A stretch of 64,000 nucleotides of DNA. It comes from a virus. Positions within the stretch are counted from its first letter, which is position 1. The number at the start of each line of letters is the position of its first letter. Below, piece by piece: positions 1 to 10,363 of this stretch. A program made the translations under genes and the position numbers. The notes under the pieces are model-generated. The model ran no database searches, was not told where the DNA came from, and saw nothing but the letters and a program-made list of their open reading frames with translations. The stretch is from positions 52,240-116,239 of IMG/VR virus record IMGVR_UViG_3300042923_000607. One strand, written 5' to 3'.

Positions 1-260
1 CAAAAGAGGATGTTAAGAAGTTCAGCGAAAACATTGAAAATTCTAAATTTGAAGAACTTAAACATTCTGTAGACGAAAGAGTTCTGGAATACGCTGAAAG
101 AAAAGAAGATACAAAGGCTGAAGAAATAAAGAATTCTTATCAGACATCGGCCTCAAATTTCGGAGCAGTTGATCCAGTAGTATTTGAAACAAACAAAAAC
201 AAACCTAACGACCTTGATTCAATCACCAAAAAATCAGGCGTTAAAATAAAAACTAATTAA
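1..260 (+). CDS. 3' end of acidic coiled-coil protein, probable scaffold/prohead protease (partial)
   Basis: Open frame from base 3 to TAA at 258-260, E/K rich, directly upstream of the capsid genes. Confidence 0.55.
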   Translation, partial: KEDVKKFSENIENSKFEELKHSVDERVLEYAERKEDTKAEEIKNSYQTSASNFGAVDPVVFETNKNKPNDLDSITKKSGVKIKTN

Positions 261-284
261 TTATTCTATAGGAGGAATTCAATT

Positions 285-833
285 ATGGCAAATAGACTTG
301 CACGTCCCGTTACAGCAGTACCCGAATATGCAGTATTAAATTTTAAAGTACCTACAGGTAAAACATACTATGCAGGTGATGTATTTGTATTGAATACATT
401 AGATACAGACCTAGTTAATAATTTTAGTACATTTGCACCGACTGAACCAGCTACCGCAAATCTCGGAAAACAAATGGCTATTGTAATTAATAGCGGATTC
501 GAGCAGTTGGAAGACGGAAGACGTCCCGACGGTCAGCCAGATTTTACACAGTATTCATTTGTTGCTGGTGACATTGTAACCGCAGTTCTCTTAGTTCAGG
601 GATTAAGATTTGAAATTTCTACAGATTGTTTTACTGGAACAGCAACAGTGGGATATTCTATTCATCCAGTAAATGCTGATACAAAGATGGCAACTGCTTC
701 TGCTACTCCCGCTGGTACATATAGTTCTCTTACTACTTTGGCTAAGAAATATTTCCGTATCGGTGGCTTATTTGCTGCTCAGTCAATCAACACAGTTGTG
801 GCTATGGTTAAAGAACCTACCCCTGCGGCTTAA
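285..833 (+). CDS. Head decoration / minor capsid protein
   Basis: Strong RBS (GGAGG); 182 aa, A/T/V rich; lies between scaffold and major capsid. Confidence 0.6.
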   Translation: MANRLARPVTAVPEYAVLNFKVPTGKTYYAGDVFVLNTLDTDLVNNFSTFAPTEPATANLGKQMAIVINSGFEQLEDGRRPDGQPDFTQYSFVAGDIVTAVLLVQGLRFEISTDCFTGTATVGYSIHPVNADTKMATASATPAGTYSSLTTLAKKYFRIGGLFAAQSINTVVAMVKEPTPAA

Positions 834-859
834 TTTAAAATAATAGGAGGAACTATAAT

Positions 860-1993
860 ATGAATAAAGACTTTACTGAAATTAAATACTCTCTCGCTTT
901 AGCTGACGATTCTGATGCTAAAGTAATAGTTAAAAATCTTGAGGAAGTAGTTCTTGCAGCTGCTACTAATGAATATGGGAAACGCAGTATGACAAAGAAT
1001 TTTTCAATGGATGGTGCTACATATACTGAAAAAGAAGATAAAGTAAGAAAAGCACTATTGGCATTTGCTGCTTCCAAATCTGGTATCACTAAACTAGAAG
1101 ACAAAAGAGATATCATAATGGCGTTTGATAATCCTCAGTTTGTTTCAGTGTTAAATAGTATTGTATCTGAAACATTAACCGGAGTTGTTATTAATGCAAA
1201 CGGAAGTCAGTTGCTTTCTATGTGCAATGTTTCAGATGTTGAGGTTGGTGATAGCAAGACTTTTACAATTGAACCAAAAGGACTGCCTATCGCACAGAGA
1301 GGTTCTTACATGAATAACGTTGCTTTTCTTGACGGATATTCAGCAAGCTCTCTTACTGTGGTTCCTAAATTATATACAGCCGGATCTTCCATCGATTACA
1401 TTAGAATCCTTGCGAATGGATTTGATTGGGGTAAGGAATTAGCAAGAGTTGCTATGGGTATGTTATATGCTCAGTATAAGTTAGTTGCTGGTTTATTATT
1501 TGACACAACTAACGTATCAAGCACTCCTTTATATCAGGCAACATTTGACTCATCTAAATACACATTGATGATTCAGTATTTACAGGCATTAAATAAAACA
1601 GGAGTTAAAGCGTATGGCACACTTCCTGCATTCCAGAAGCAGGGAACTACTGCCACCACTAACTATGGTTTTGTACTTCAGGATACTATGATCAAAGACG
1701 GATATCTTGGAAGCGCTTATGGTGTAGATAACGTTCTTATTGATCAGGCAACTGATTTATCTGCGCCATTTGTTGATGCTAATCTTTCTAGCTTATTATT
1801 AGTACCAAATAACAAGATTCTTTTAGTTTCTGACGCAGGAGACAAGCCTGTTAAATTAGTTAGAGAGAATTTCGTTAGAACATACAGCAAGCCAGCTCAG
1901 GATGGAGCGTTATACAGACAGGAATATTCATATACCATGTCTTTCGATGCAGCCATCATTACATCTGGTCACTATGCAATTCAGGCAGTTTAA
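860..1993 (+). CDS. Major capsid protein (HK97-type fold)
   Basis: 377 aa, strong RBS, followed by a hairpin; size and position typical of an MCP. Confidence 0.75.
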   Translation: MNKDFTEIKYSLALADDSDAKVIVKNLEEVVLAAATNEYGKRSMTKNFSMDGATYTEKEDKVRKALLAFAASKSGITKLEDKRDIIMAFDNPQFVSVLNSIVSETLTGVVINANGSQLLSMCNVSDVEVGDSKTFTIEPKGLPIAQRGSYMNNVAFLDGYSASSLTVVPKLYTAGSSIDYIRILANGFDWGKELARVAMGMLYAQYKLVAGLLFDTTNVSSTPLYQATFDSSKYTLMIQYLQALNKTGVKAYGTLPAFQKQGTTATTNYGFVLQDTMIKDGYLGSAYGVDNVLIDQATDLSAPFVDANLSSLLLVPNNKILLVSDAGDKPVKLVRENFVRTYSKPAQDGALYRQEYSYTMSFDAAIITSGHYAIQAV

Positions 1994-2074
1994 TATAAAA
2001 CATTGAGGGGTTGGGGAGTTTATCCTTCTCTTCCCCTTTCAATTTAAAATTATTGAATAAAAAGGAGTTATAAA

Positions 2075-2764
2075 ATGGCAAACGTAAAAAAAACAAAAAC
2101 AGAAGTAGATAACTTAGAAACAAGCAATGTCGCATCCATAGTTGTAGATACCTCGTCTTCAGACAATTCAAAAGATCAAGAGATAAGTGCTTTACAGAAG
2201 CAACTTCAAGAAATGCAGAAGGTTATCCTTGCAATGCAGTCTGCTCAATATCCAAATTCTCAGAAAGAAGACTCTTCTGAAGTTCTTTATGAAATTGGAA
2301 CTAGGTTTGTAAATGGTGTAACAATCTTCTCTCCTATGAAAGACGTAAAGATTGAGATGGATTTTGGTAAATTATACGAAATTGAGTTACACGAATTAAA
2401 TTCTCTTTTAAAAAATCCTCAAAACAGAGAGTGGTTGGAAAAGGATATTCTTTTCTTTACAAACTCAGAAGTCTATAAAAAGAAAAAGCTTAACAGGCAG
2501 TATTTTTTAGATGATGATACTCTGACGGAGTTAATCATGTCTAAAGATACAGATGTATTAAAGTCCATCTTTAATAAAATGACAGAAAATATGAATTATG
2601 ATCCTATGATTTATTGCTTGTTTTATAGGATTGTAGAACTCGCTTATTCTGGAAAACTAAATAGCATGAGCCATCCTACCAGGCAAATGATAGAAAAAAT
2701 GTTCAAGTTCAACTTGGATAATGCTGAGATGTTATTCCAGAGATACAAAGAGGTTAGTCGTTAA
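2075..2764 (+). CDS. Hypothetical virion-module protein
   Basis: ORF with RBS after the MCP. Confidence 0.6.
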   Translation: MANVKKTKTEVDNLETSNVASIVVDTSSSDNSKDQEISALQKQLQEMQKVILAMQSAQYPNSQKEDSSEVLYEIGTRFVNGVTIFSPMKDVKIEMDFGKLYEIELHELNSLLKNPQNREWLEKDILFFTNSEVYKKKKLNRQYFLDDDTLTELIMSKDTDVLKSIFNKMTENMNYDPMIYCLFYRIVELAYSGKLNSMSHPTRQMIEKMFKFNLDNAEMLFQRYKEVSR

Positions 2765-2783
2765 AAAGGGGAGGTGTTAAATT

Positions 2784-3491
2784 GTGGGAACTAAGTTCGC
2801 AGCTGTTTATGAGAAAATGGATATTATCAGAGACGATAATAGAATAAGAAATAAGAGGACTAATGATATTTATAGACTTTACTATGACTACTTGACTTTT
2901 GCTATTGCCCAGTTCTATAGAACATGTAAAAAAGTTAGTTCCAAAGATTTAACTCAGAATACACCTTTTCAGCAGATAGAGTATGGATTTATTAGTGATG
3001 GAGTAGACACTGAGTTCGTACTCACAAGTCCAAGTGTTCCTTTAGAAGACGGATGTTTTTACGTTGGGTTTTCTCCTGACGCTACTACTTCTTTCACTGA
3101 AATAACTTCTGATAAGTATTCTTACGACAGTGTAACAAATACTATCACTGTTACGGGAATTTCAATACCTGAAAACTATATTGTGTACATATCTAGTTAT
3201 TTGATAGGCGAATTCAATGATAACCTGGTTTATGATGAAATATCTATTTTGGCAAATGGAGCTATAATCCCATATCTGCAAGAGCAACAGAATAGAACAA
3301 GTTTAATGACTCAGTATGTATATGGTGCTTCCATGAAGATGTTTTCTCAAGCTGAACATATATCTTCGGTTCATAATGTTGTAAATTCTCAAGAGGATAA
3401 AGTTACAAATATGATAACAAAATATTCTTATTTAGCATCTCAGAACCAGCTAAAGGGGCTAGGAGGTGTAGGGTATGAACAAACAGTTTAA
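2784..3491 (+). CDS. Putative head-tail adaptor
   Basis: GTG start with RBS; position in the neck module. Confidence 0.5.
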   Translation: MGTKFAAVYEKMDIIRDDNRIRNKRTNDIYRLYYDYLTFAIAQFYRTCKKVSSKDLTQNTPFQQIEYGFISDGVDTEFVLTSPSVPLEDGCFYVGFSPDATTSFTEITSDKYSYDSVTNTITVTGISIPENYIVYISSYLIGEFNDNLVYDEISILANGAIIPYLQEQQNRTSLMTQYVYGASMKMFSQAEHISSVHNVVNSQEDKVTNMITKYSYLASQNQLKGLGGVGYEQTV

Positions 3492-4536
3492 TATAAATTG
3501 TAACATAAACGAATGGAGAAATGATGTTCTCGGTTATACAAATACTCGGTTGGATTTAACGAGGAATGTATTTGACAAAGTAAAAGAAGGATTTACCACT
3601 AACCTATATTACAAGCTAGTACATAAAAATCTTGATGAGAATTCAAATTATCATGTTTGGATTTTCGATGGAAACAATAAGGAAAAGAAAATTAAAAAAT
3701 TCCAGTCTTATCCTTATCCCGCTGTTCAGTTTAAATCCGGTGACTATATAAGTTACACTGACGATAGTGGAAACTATCAGATTTGGCTAATTATCGATTT
3801 AGATCAGACAAATGAATGGGAAGTTACTGGTGAAGTTCGTCAATGTGTTTATGAATTAAAATGGCAAAATGCATCTGGCGATATTATTCATCGTTGGTGC
3901 ACCATTGACACTTACAGTGTTGGAGACGGTCTACAGGTAACTGATGTTATTAGAGCATTAGATGGGACATTCAAAATAAAACTGCCATTTGATAATGAAA
4001 CTAAATTGCTCAAAGAAGACAAGCGGTTTCTTATTGATATTGAAGGATTGTCGGAACCACATGCTTATAAGACTACAATGAACAACATGATCACACAAAA
4101 CTTTGGAGCAAACGGAAATATTGTTGAGTTGACCGTGACAAAAGATCCTTTTATTGCAGGGATAGATAATGCGGAACTTATGATCGCTAATTATTTTACT
4201 CCCCCGAATGAGCCTAATCCTCCAACAAACGAGCATTACTCGGTTATTTCTTGTAGTAATCCCTTAAATCAAATAAGTATAGGTGGAGCGACTAGAACGC
4301 TCTCTCCTACTTTTTATGATAATCCAGATACGATAAATACTTCTATAATATCATCTTGGACTTACGTTTTACCTTCAGGATATGAAAATCAAATTGTTAT
4401 TACTCCTTCGGGTAATAATTTAAAAATTAAAGCATTAGACAATACTTCTTTAATCGGAAAAATAATTACTGCTACCGTTAGCGATGGAAACAATGATTAT
4501 GTGTCAAGTATTGTAATTACAATTATTGCAGGATAG
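3475..4536 (+). CDS. Putative head-closure/neck protein with C-terminal Ig-like domain
   Basis: G-D-Y-I..W-L-I and C..ELKWQ motifs resembling SPbeta-like neck proteins; beta-rich C-terminus. Confidence 0.55.
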   Translation: MNKQFNINCNINEWRNDVLGYTNTRLDLTRNVFDKVKEGFTTNLYYKLVHKNLDENSNYHVWIFDGNNKEKKIKKFQSYPYPAVQFKSGDYISYTDDSGNYQIWLIIDLDQTNEWEVTGEVRQCVYELKWQNASGDIIHRWCTIDTYSVGDGLQVTDVIRALDGTFKIKLPFDNETKLLKEDKRFLIDIEGLSEPHAYKTTMNNMITQNFGANGNIVELTVTKDPFIAGIDNAELMIANYFTPPNEPNPPTNEHYSVISCSNPLNQISIGGATRTLSPTFYDNPDTINTSIISSWTYVLPSGYENQIVITPSGNNLKIKALDNTSLIGKIITATVSDGNNDYVSSIVITIIAG

Positions 4537-4546
4537 AGGTGATTTA

Positions 4547-5134
4547 ATGGCATATAATGAAACTTTTACCTATTTAAGTGCTTTATATAAAAGTAGATTG
4601 CTTAATAGGTTTTCAACCAGTGATGATTTATTTTTCATTATTAGCCCCACTCCTGTACAAGGATTTGATAATGACCAAATATTGCTTGGTGGAGAATTTA
4701 TCATTAATGGGAATAAGACGGTGCTTCAACCATACTTATACGATTTTCAGTTTGTTCCCACGACTCTTACAGAGGCAAAGCTAATAGTATGCGTAGAAAT
4801 AGACCCTACTTCTGTAGAGAATTCAATGATGAGTAATTTTGTTTTTAATGTTTACATTTTTTCTCCAAGAACAAGTATTCCATTAAACGAATATACCATT
4901 CCGAAAAAATCAGAGGTGAACCAACACGGGTTGATAGGAAACAGAATAGATTGTACTTGCCAAATCATAGAACATTTAATGAAAGGTTCTGAATCATTTG
5001 GCTTAGGCAAGATTACAGTGGCTGCGAGAGATTTTACCGCTCCTTTTTCTCCTAATGATGCATATGCTGGGAAACGTATGAAATTTAAGGTTAATGGATT
5101 CTCGCCTTTGGAGGTGGTTACTTGTGGCAATTAA
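4547..5134 (+). CDS. Putative tail terminator/completion protein
   Basis: ATG at 4547 after GAGGTG RBS; position before the tail tube gene. Confidence 0.5.
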   Translation: MAYNETFTYLSALYKSRLLNRFSTSDDLFFIISPTPVQGFDNDQILLGGEFIINGNKTVLQPYLYDFQFVPTTLTEAKLIVCVEIDPTSVENSMMSNFVFNVYIFSPRTSIPLNEYTIPKKSEVNQHGLIGNRIDCTCQIIEHLMKGSESFGLGKITVAARDFTAPFSPNDAYAGKRMKFKVNGFSPLEVVTCGN

Positions 5135-5897
5135 TAAGGAACTGATAGAACAACTACTTATGTTTGGAGATCCTTATGTGTATGAAGAAAAAATTATTTT
5201 ATATCCCGTACTAATGAGTAATGTGGTTCCGTTTAATATTTACTCACAATCTATAACAGTAAGGAAAGACAGTACTTTTCCAGAAAAAAAGATTATCAAG
5301 ATGCCATATTTACAGTTTTTATACTATTGTTCAAACAATAAAGAACTAGCAGAAAAATATAACATCTTTGATTTGCCAAACTGGTATAGATATGCAATGA
5401 GGTTATTAAAACTTGTTTGTCAAACTGACAATGTTAGGTTTGATCTTAATACTGGTAATTTTTATATAGAAAACATAGAAGTAAATTATAAAATGTTTGA
5501 TGACATAAGAAGAATTATCATATTGCAAAATGAAATAAGCTTCGACATCGATGAGTTTTTGCATTATGAGGCGGAACAAGCTCTCATAGATTCTTCAAAC
5601 AAATTAAACCAAGACAAGATAACATTAGAAGATCAAATAGATAGCTTAATAATTCAGACTCATTACTCGGAGCAAGACATCAAAAATTTAACGATTAGAA
5701 GATTTAATAGACTTCTAAGAAGAATTAATATGAGAGATGATTTTATTATTGCCAAAGAGGCCGAAATGGGAGGAATGGTTAAGTTTAAGAATCCGATAAA
5801 GCATTGGATGATTAGTATAGAAAAACAAGACAAATATTCTGACGTTAAAACTGATAGTAAATCATTTAACGAACTAAAGGGCAAGATTGAATCTTAG
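5094..5897 (+). CDS. Putative tail assembly chaperone
   Basis: FDDIRRIIILQN and I..LTIRRF motifs; true start probably a downstream GTG. Confidence 0.5.
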   Translation: MDSRLWRWLLVAINKELIEQLLMFGDPYVYEEKIILYPVLMSNVVPFNIYSQSITVRKDSTFPEKKIIKMPYLQFLYYCSNNKELAEKYNIFDLPNWYRYAMRLLKLVCQTDNVRFDLNTGNFYIENIEVNYKMFDDIRRIIILQNEISFDIDEFLHYEAEQALIDSSNKLNQDKITLEDQIDSLIIQTHYSEQDIKNLTIRRFNRLLRRINMRDDFIIAKEAEMGGMVKFKNPIKHWMISIEKQDKYSDVKTDSKSFNELKGKIES

Positions 5898-5937
5898 CTC
5901 TTTTTTTATATGATAAATAAGAAAGAGAGGAAAAAAT

Positions 5938-6939
5938 ATGAAACAAAACGAATTCGTCGCAAGTGCTGCGAATCTTGCATTTTTTGTTAATGATCAGTTG
6001 GCATTCACTGGCACTGCAAACTTAAACTCTACTGTTACCGTGGCAATGCAGGAAACAAATGTAAATGCAGGACAGGGAAATATGCTTCTGTTCTCATACA
6101 AACATTCTAGAGAAATGACGGTAGCCGCCACAGCCGCTGATTGGAAGTTAGAATATCTGGCATCTCAAGCTGGAACAGCCGTATCTCAGGGATTAAAGGA
6201 TTTCTATAAGATTAACGAATGTATTACATTAACTGGCGGGGTAGGCACATTGTCTGAAGTTCCATTAGGCGGAAAAGTCGGAGTTGAACTTCCTTCTGGA
6301 AGTGTAGTTACTGTGGTTCCTACGTCTAGTACCATCAACTTATCTAGTTATGGGTTAACAACTGAATCTGTAAAAGTTACATATAGGTATTCTACCACTG
6401 CAAAATCGGTTGTTATTGATGCTAGTTCTACTCCGCTTACCGGAAAATTAATATTAAGTGCAGGAAAATATCAGAGCAATAGAGGAAAGACTGGAAATAT
6501 TGAAATAATCATTCCAGCATTTCAGTTGTCTGGTAATTTTGAAATTGCTTTAACTCCCGACTCCGTTGTTTCCACAAACCTTGAGGGTAGATCATTGGCT
6601 GTATATGGTGATACCTGTGAGAGTGGAGCTCCTGTATATGCTTATATCAACGAAGAAGATTCTACTGAAGCACTAGCTGTATCTGAAATTTCAGCCGCTC
6701 CTTCTTTCGTGACTGTAGGAGTTGGAGACACCCAAACCCTTACCGTTCTTGGTTTAAATGGAGAATTATACCGCCCAGTGGCGCTTAGTAATTCAGACTG
6801 TACTTTTACATCTGATACTCCTGGAAAGGCAACTGTGAATTCGAGCGGTGTTATAACTGGAGTTGCAACGGGAACTGCTCTTGTTACCGTAGAATATGAA
6901 GGATTAGAAGACGTAGTATCGGTAACTATAGAAGCATAA
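5938..6939 (+). CDS. Major tail tube protein with C-terminal Ig-like (Big_2) domain
   Basis: T/S/V rich; C-terminal FTSDTPGKATVNSSGVITGVATGTALVTV Ig motif; followed by a terminator. Confidence 0.8.
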   Translation: MKQNEFVASAANLAFFVNDQLAFTGTANLNSTVTVAMQETNVNAGQGNMLLFSYKHSREMTVAATAADWKLEYLASQAGTAVSQGLKDFYKINECITLTGGVGTLSEVPLGGKVGVELPSGSVVTVVPTSSTINLSSYGLTTESVKVTYRYSTTAKSVVIDASSTPLTGKLILSAGKYQSNRGKTGNIEIIIPAFQLSGNFEIALTPDSVVSTNLEGRSLAVYGDTCESGAPVYAYINEEDSTEALAVSEISAAPSFVTVGVGDTQTLTVLGLNGELYRPVALSNSDCTFTSDTPGKATVNSSGVITGVATGTALVTVEYEGLEDVVSVTIEA

Positions 6940-6948
6940 GGATATATT

Positions 6949-6972
6949 GTGGGAGGGGAAACTCTCCCACTT
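6949..6972 (+). terminator. Hairpin terminator after the tail tube gene
   Basis: GTGGGAG...CTCCCAC stem. Confidence 0.6.
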
Positions 6973-6988
6973 ATATTAAAGGAGTTTT

Positions 6989-7219
6989 ATGGAAAATATT
7001 GATATTAAAGAGTCAAAAGATGAAAGTTATAAGAAGGTAAAAAAGAAAATCAAACAGTGTAGAATAATTAAATTTGATCCCTTGAGAAAAAGAATCAAAA
7101 TTGATTTTGATGGATATGGCATTGATGTGTCTGATGTTGTGGAAATTAAAAGCGAATATGTTAGAATTGAATATTCAGGTGAAATCGGACGATCAAATTT
7201 TAAGTTTAGGATAATCTAG
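6989..7219 (+). CDS. Hypothetical protein
   Basis: RBS AAGGAG plus ORF. Confidence 0.65.
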   Translation: MENIDIKESKDESYKKVKKKIKQCRIIKFDPLRKRIKIDFDGYGIDVSDVVEIKSEYVRIEYSGEIGRSNFKFRII

Positions 7220-7226
7220 GAGTCGT

Positions 7227-7451
7227 ATGTGTAAAAATTCATATATAAAACTCAGTTCCACCACAAAAACAGAAATGATATATTGTCACTTATTTGATGA
7301 TGAAAATTCAGATATGCTAAGGATTTGCAGGTTTCAAAAGTATTGTGGACAAGTAAAAAAATATATATTTAATAACGAAAATAAGTGTAAAAGAAAAAAT
7401 ATATTAGAGGATGGGCATGAAAAGTGCAATGAAGATATTAATTTTTCATAG
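7227..7451 (+). CDS. Small Cys-rich hypothetical protein
   Basis: RBS AGGAG plus ORF. Confidence 0.6.
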   Translation: MCKNSYIKLSSTTKTEMIYCHLFDDENSDMLRICRFQKYCGQVKKYIFNNENKCKRKNILEDGHEKCNEDINFS

Positions 7452-7477
7452 GCATATGTCCGTTACAAAATGGATGT

Positions 7478-7729
7478 ATGCCTATTTTTTTACAAATTAT
7501 AAATGAAAGAAGGGTTTATGTGGAAAAGATAATAACAATAAGATACGACAGTAATGATGTCGTCTATACCGATAACCAAAAAATGGTAGCCTTCTATTTA
7601 GAGCAAGGAGAACAAGTTCTATATACACTATTGGGAAATGAAAAAAAGTTATTATTTGCATTTTCAAAAATAAAAACAGCAGAATCATTTAAGAAGTGGA
7701 CTGAAAATAAACCAAGAAAAAATAAATAG
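7478..7729 (+). CDS. Hypothetical protein
   Basis: ORF within the operon; start uncertain. Confidence 0.5.
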   Translation: MPIFLQIINERRVYVEKIITIRYDSNDVVYTDNQKMVAFYLEQGEQVLYTLLGNEKKLLFAFSKIKTAESFKKWTENKPRKNK

Positions 7730-7739
7730 AGGTGATTTA

Positions 7740-8075
7740 TTGTACAAAGAATTAAAATCGCACAACACATCTTCAGAAATGGGATATGTCTACATATTAC
7801 ACAACCCAGAAAGTAACTTAGTTAAGATTGGGAAAACAAAATTCCCTTATAAAAGATTCTCTAATCTTTCAAATCAAAATGGCAGTAAGTTCAAATATCA
7901 TATTACTGAATCTATGTTTATAGAAGGAATTATAGAAAAAATATTACATAATAAGTTTGCGATGAAAAGAAAATGTGGTGAATGGTTTAATATTAATTTT
8001 GATGATGCTCTTTCGGAGTTAGAAAATATATTAAACAGCGAAGATTTCAAGAGAAGAAATATCAATAAAATATAA
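7740..8075 (+). CDS. T5orf172/MUG113 GIY-YIG-like protein
   Basis: GYVYIL..LVKIGKT..R and EKILH..F...R..GEWF motifs. Confidence 0.85.
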   Translation: MYKELKSHNTSSEMGYVYILHNPESNLVKIGKTKFPYKRFSNLSNQNGSKFKYHITESMFIEGIIEKILHNKFAMKRKCGEWFNINFDDALSELENILNSEDFKRRNINKI

Positions 8076-8097
8076 GTTTGATTTAAGGAGGATTAAC

Positions 8098-8277
8098 TTG
8101 CCAAATTACTATTATGAATGCGAAGACCACGGAGAAATGATTTTGCGATTGAGTATGTCTGAAGTAAAGGATGAAATGGAGTGTCCACTATGCAAAAAGA
8201 AAGTTAAAAGAGTATACTCTCCTACTCCTAGCGTTTGGTGCTGCTCAGGCTCATACAATCAGACAAGAGGTAAATAA
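8098..8277 (+). CDS. FmdB-family zinc-ribbon protein (not in ORF track)
   Basis: RBS AAGGAGG, TTG start; MPNYYYECEDHGE...ECPLCKKKVKRVYS. Confidence 0.8.
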   Translation: MPNYYYECEDHGEMILRLSMSEVKDEMECPLCKKKVKRVYSPTPSVWCCSGSYNQTRGK

Positions 8278-8751
8278 ATGGCTAAGAAAAGAACAAGGTC
8301 AAAATTTCATGTAGATATTACATCTAAAGGTATAGAAAAACGTACATATGAGGGAGAAACTTATGACAGTTTAACGGAAATGAGATTCCTTCAAGAGTGG
8401 ATTCTGCCAAAAATGGAAAGCGGAGAAATAGAAAAATGGGAAAGACAAATACCCTTTATTCTGCAAGAGGGATTCACAAGAAAAAATGGCAGCAAGGTTT
8501 TGCCTATAAAATATATAAGCGACTTCATTGTTTATTGGACTGATGGTACCCGTACTATTTTTGATGTTAAAGGTCAGCCGGATAATTTAAGCAAAACAAA
8601 AAGAAAAATTTTCTGGAAGAAATATCCTGACGAAGAATATGTGTGGATGTGTAGAAATATAAAATTTGGAGATGAGAGTCACTGGTTGACATACGAAGAG
8701 TTGGAGCAGAAAAGGAAAATGGAAAAGAAAAACAAGACCTCAAATAAGTAG
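8278..8751 (+). CDS. DUF1064-like PD-(D/E)xK nuclease
   Basis: YDSLTE, ERQIPFILQ, IKYISDF, DVKG, KRKIF motifs. Confidence 0.8.
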   Translation: MAKKRTRSKFHVDITSKGIEKRTYEGETYDSLTEMRFLQEWILPKMESGEIEKWERQIPFILQEGFTRKNGSKVLPIKYISDFIVYWTDGTRTIFDVKGQPDNLSKTKRKIFWKKYPDEEYVWMCRNIKFGDESHWLTYEELEQKRKMEKKNKTSNK

Positions 8752-8783
8752 GTCTTTTATTTAATCTAAAATGGAGGATTAGA

Positions 8784-9353
8784 ATGAAAACATCAAACAA
8801 CATTGAATTAAAAGATAAAGTATCTTTAGATGACAAGATTAAAATTATTAATACGGTAGTTAATTCATGCTTTTTAAATGGAGAATATACTCCTTATTAT
8901 AAGGATTATACCTTAAAAATGTGTTTTGGATTATATGTTTTAAGTGGAATAGAATTTGAAGAAAACGAAGATATTGCAGAATTAATAGAGGAAAAAAATG
9001 AACTATCTGAACTATGGAGAATGTGGAAAGACGATAGTTTTAGCTGGGAACTAACTCAAGACATCGATGACATTGTAGACTACAAAAAGAAACAATTGTT
9101 GAATGAAAACAATGAGATTAATAAATATTTGATTGACTTATTAAGGGAACAAGTTGAAACAGTAAAATTACAGAAAAAGGTTCTTGAGCAGGCCGATAAA
9201 ATTAATGGTCAGTATTCAAAGGAAGACATCATGAGAATAACTGAGGCTTCTGAGAAATTATCAGATAAATTAAAAGATATTGACGTTCAGAAAGGCTTAG
9301 TTCAAAGCATAAAGAAACCAACCGACCACAAAAGAGCTCAGAGGGCAAAGTAA
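8784..9353 (+). CDS. Hypothetical protein
   Basis: RBS plus 189 aa ORF. Confidence 0.65.
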   Translation: MKTSNNIELKDKVSLDDKIKIINTVVNSCFLNGEYTPYYKDYTLKMCFGLYVLSGIEFEENEDIAELIEEKNELSELWRMWKDDSFSWELTQDIDDIVDYKKKQLLNENNEINKYLIDLLREQVETVKLQKKVLEQADKINGQYSKEDIMRITEASEKLSDKLKDIDVQKGLVQSIKKPTDHKRAQRAK

Positions 9354-9787
9354 TGACTACATATGGTAGAAACGCGAAAGACTTAGAAAAATACTTAAAG
9401 AATCTTGCGAAACAGGTTTGTGACTATGCTAGCAATGTTGTATATGAAGCGATTAATTACTATTTGAACCAATACTATTTAGAATTTGATCCCGTGTCAT
9501 ATCGTAGAACGGAACAATTATTAAGAAGTGCTTTTAAGACTAAATCTGTTTGGTCAGGAAGTGCATGGACTGCTGAAGTCGGTATTGATTATGAGTCTTT
9601 GGATTACAACGAAGCGACTGGTTACGATGTAATTTCCTATGCGAATCAAGGGTTGCATGGGGGTATAGACGTTGGTTCTGACACTCATGTATATGATGAT
9701 GCAATTAATAAAACAATCAGAAATGGACAATTGATTGAAGATATTATTAAATACATTCAAGATAAGGGTATAAGGGTAACAAGATAA
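9353..9787 (+). CDS. Putative tail completion protein (HK97 gp10-like)
   Basis: Y..P..Y.RT..L..S motif; translationally coupled to the upstream gene. Confidence 0.5.
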   Translation: MTTYGRNAKDLEKYLKNLAKQVCDYASNVVYEAINYYLNQYYLEFDPVSYRRTEQLLRSAFKTKSVWSGSAWTAEVGIDYESLDYNEATGYDVISYANQGLHGGIDVGSDTHVYDDAINKTIRNGQLIEDIIKYIQDKGIRVTR

Positions 9788-9797
9788 AAGCAGTATT

Positions 9798-10019
9798 TTA
9801 TATTGAATAATCCTCATTACTCTCCTCTTCTATTATCAACAACTCTTCAACTCCACAATTCAATATCTTGCATAATTTTTCTAGTATGTCAAATCTAATA
9901 CTTTGAGTTTTCCCGTTACATAAATTATGTAAGTTTTTATATGTGCAACCAGCCCCTTTCGCTACTATTGCCATATTAAGATTTTCTTCTTGAATTTTGT
10001 TTGCTATATTAATTATCAT
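9798..10019 (-). CDS. Cro/C1-type HTH transcriptional regulator
   Basis: I.F..LEKLCKILNC.VEELL motif; ATG at 10019 downstream of a TTGACA-17-TATATT promoter. Confidence 0.85.
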   Translation of the reverse strand: MIINIANKIQEENLNMAIVAKGAGCTYKNLHNLCNGKTQSIRFDILEKLCKILNCGVEELLIIEEESNEDYSI

Positions 10020-10127
10020 GTTTGAATTGCCCCCACAAAGAATATACCATAACTTACCATATTTGTCAATTTTTATGTAATATTTATTACCTAGCAAATA
10101 ACTCGGAATTGTATCATATAGAAAAAC

Positions 10128-10151
10128 AATTATGTCGATATCGACATAATT
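10128..10151. promoter_or_regulatory. Perfect 24-bp palindrome (candidate operator) between divergent promoters
   Basis: AATTATGTCGAT|ATCGACATAATT, adjacent to TTGACA-17-TATGAT. Confidence 0.6.
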
Positions 10152-10288
10152 ATATTGACAATTTATAGGGACTATAGTATGATATTCCTAAGGAAAAAAT
10201 AGGGGGGAGGATTGCACATAATGTACATGATTATTTTGTAAACAATACACTATAAAACAAGTTTAATTAAATCTTAATCTTTGCAATA

Positions 10289-10317
10289 TTGACATTTATT
10301 GGAACAAGACCTATAAT
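10289..10317 (+). promoter_or_regulatory. Consensus sigma-A promoter
   Basis: TTGACA-17 nt-TATAAT. Confidence 0.8.
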
Positions 10318-10363
10318 AAAAATTGTTAAAATTAAACAATTCACCCGATTGCGAGGAGGGGTT

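Noticed and set aside
10289-10291. TTG start of the 134-aa ORF
   Set aside because: It is the -35 hexamer of a consensus promoter, with no SD upstream.
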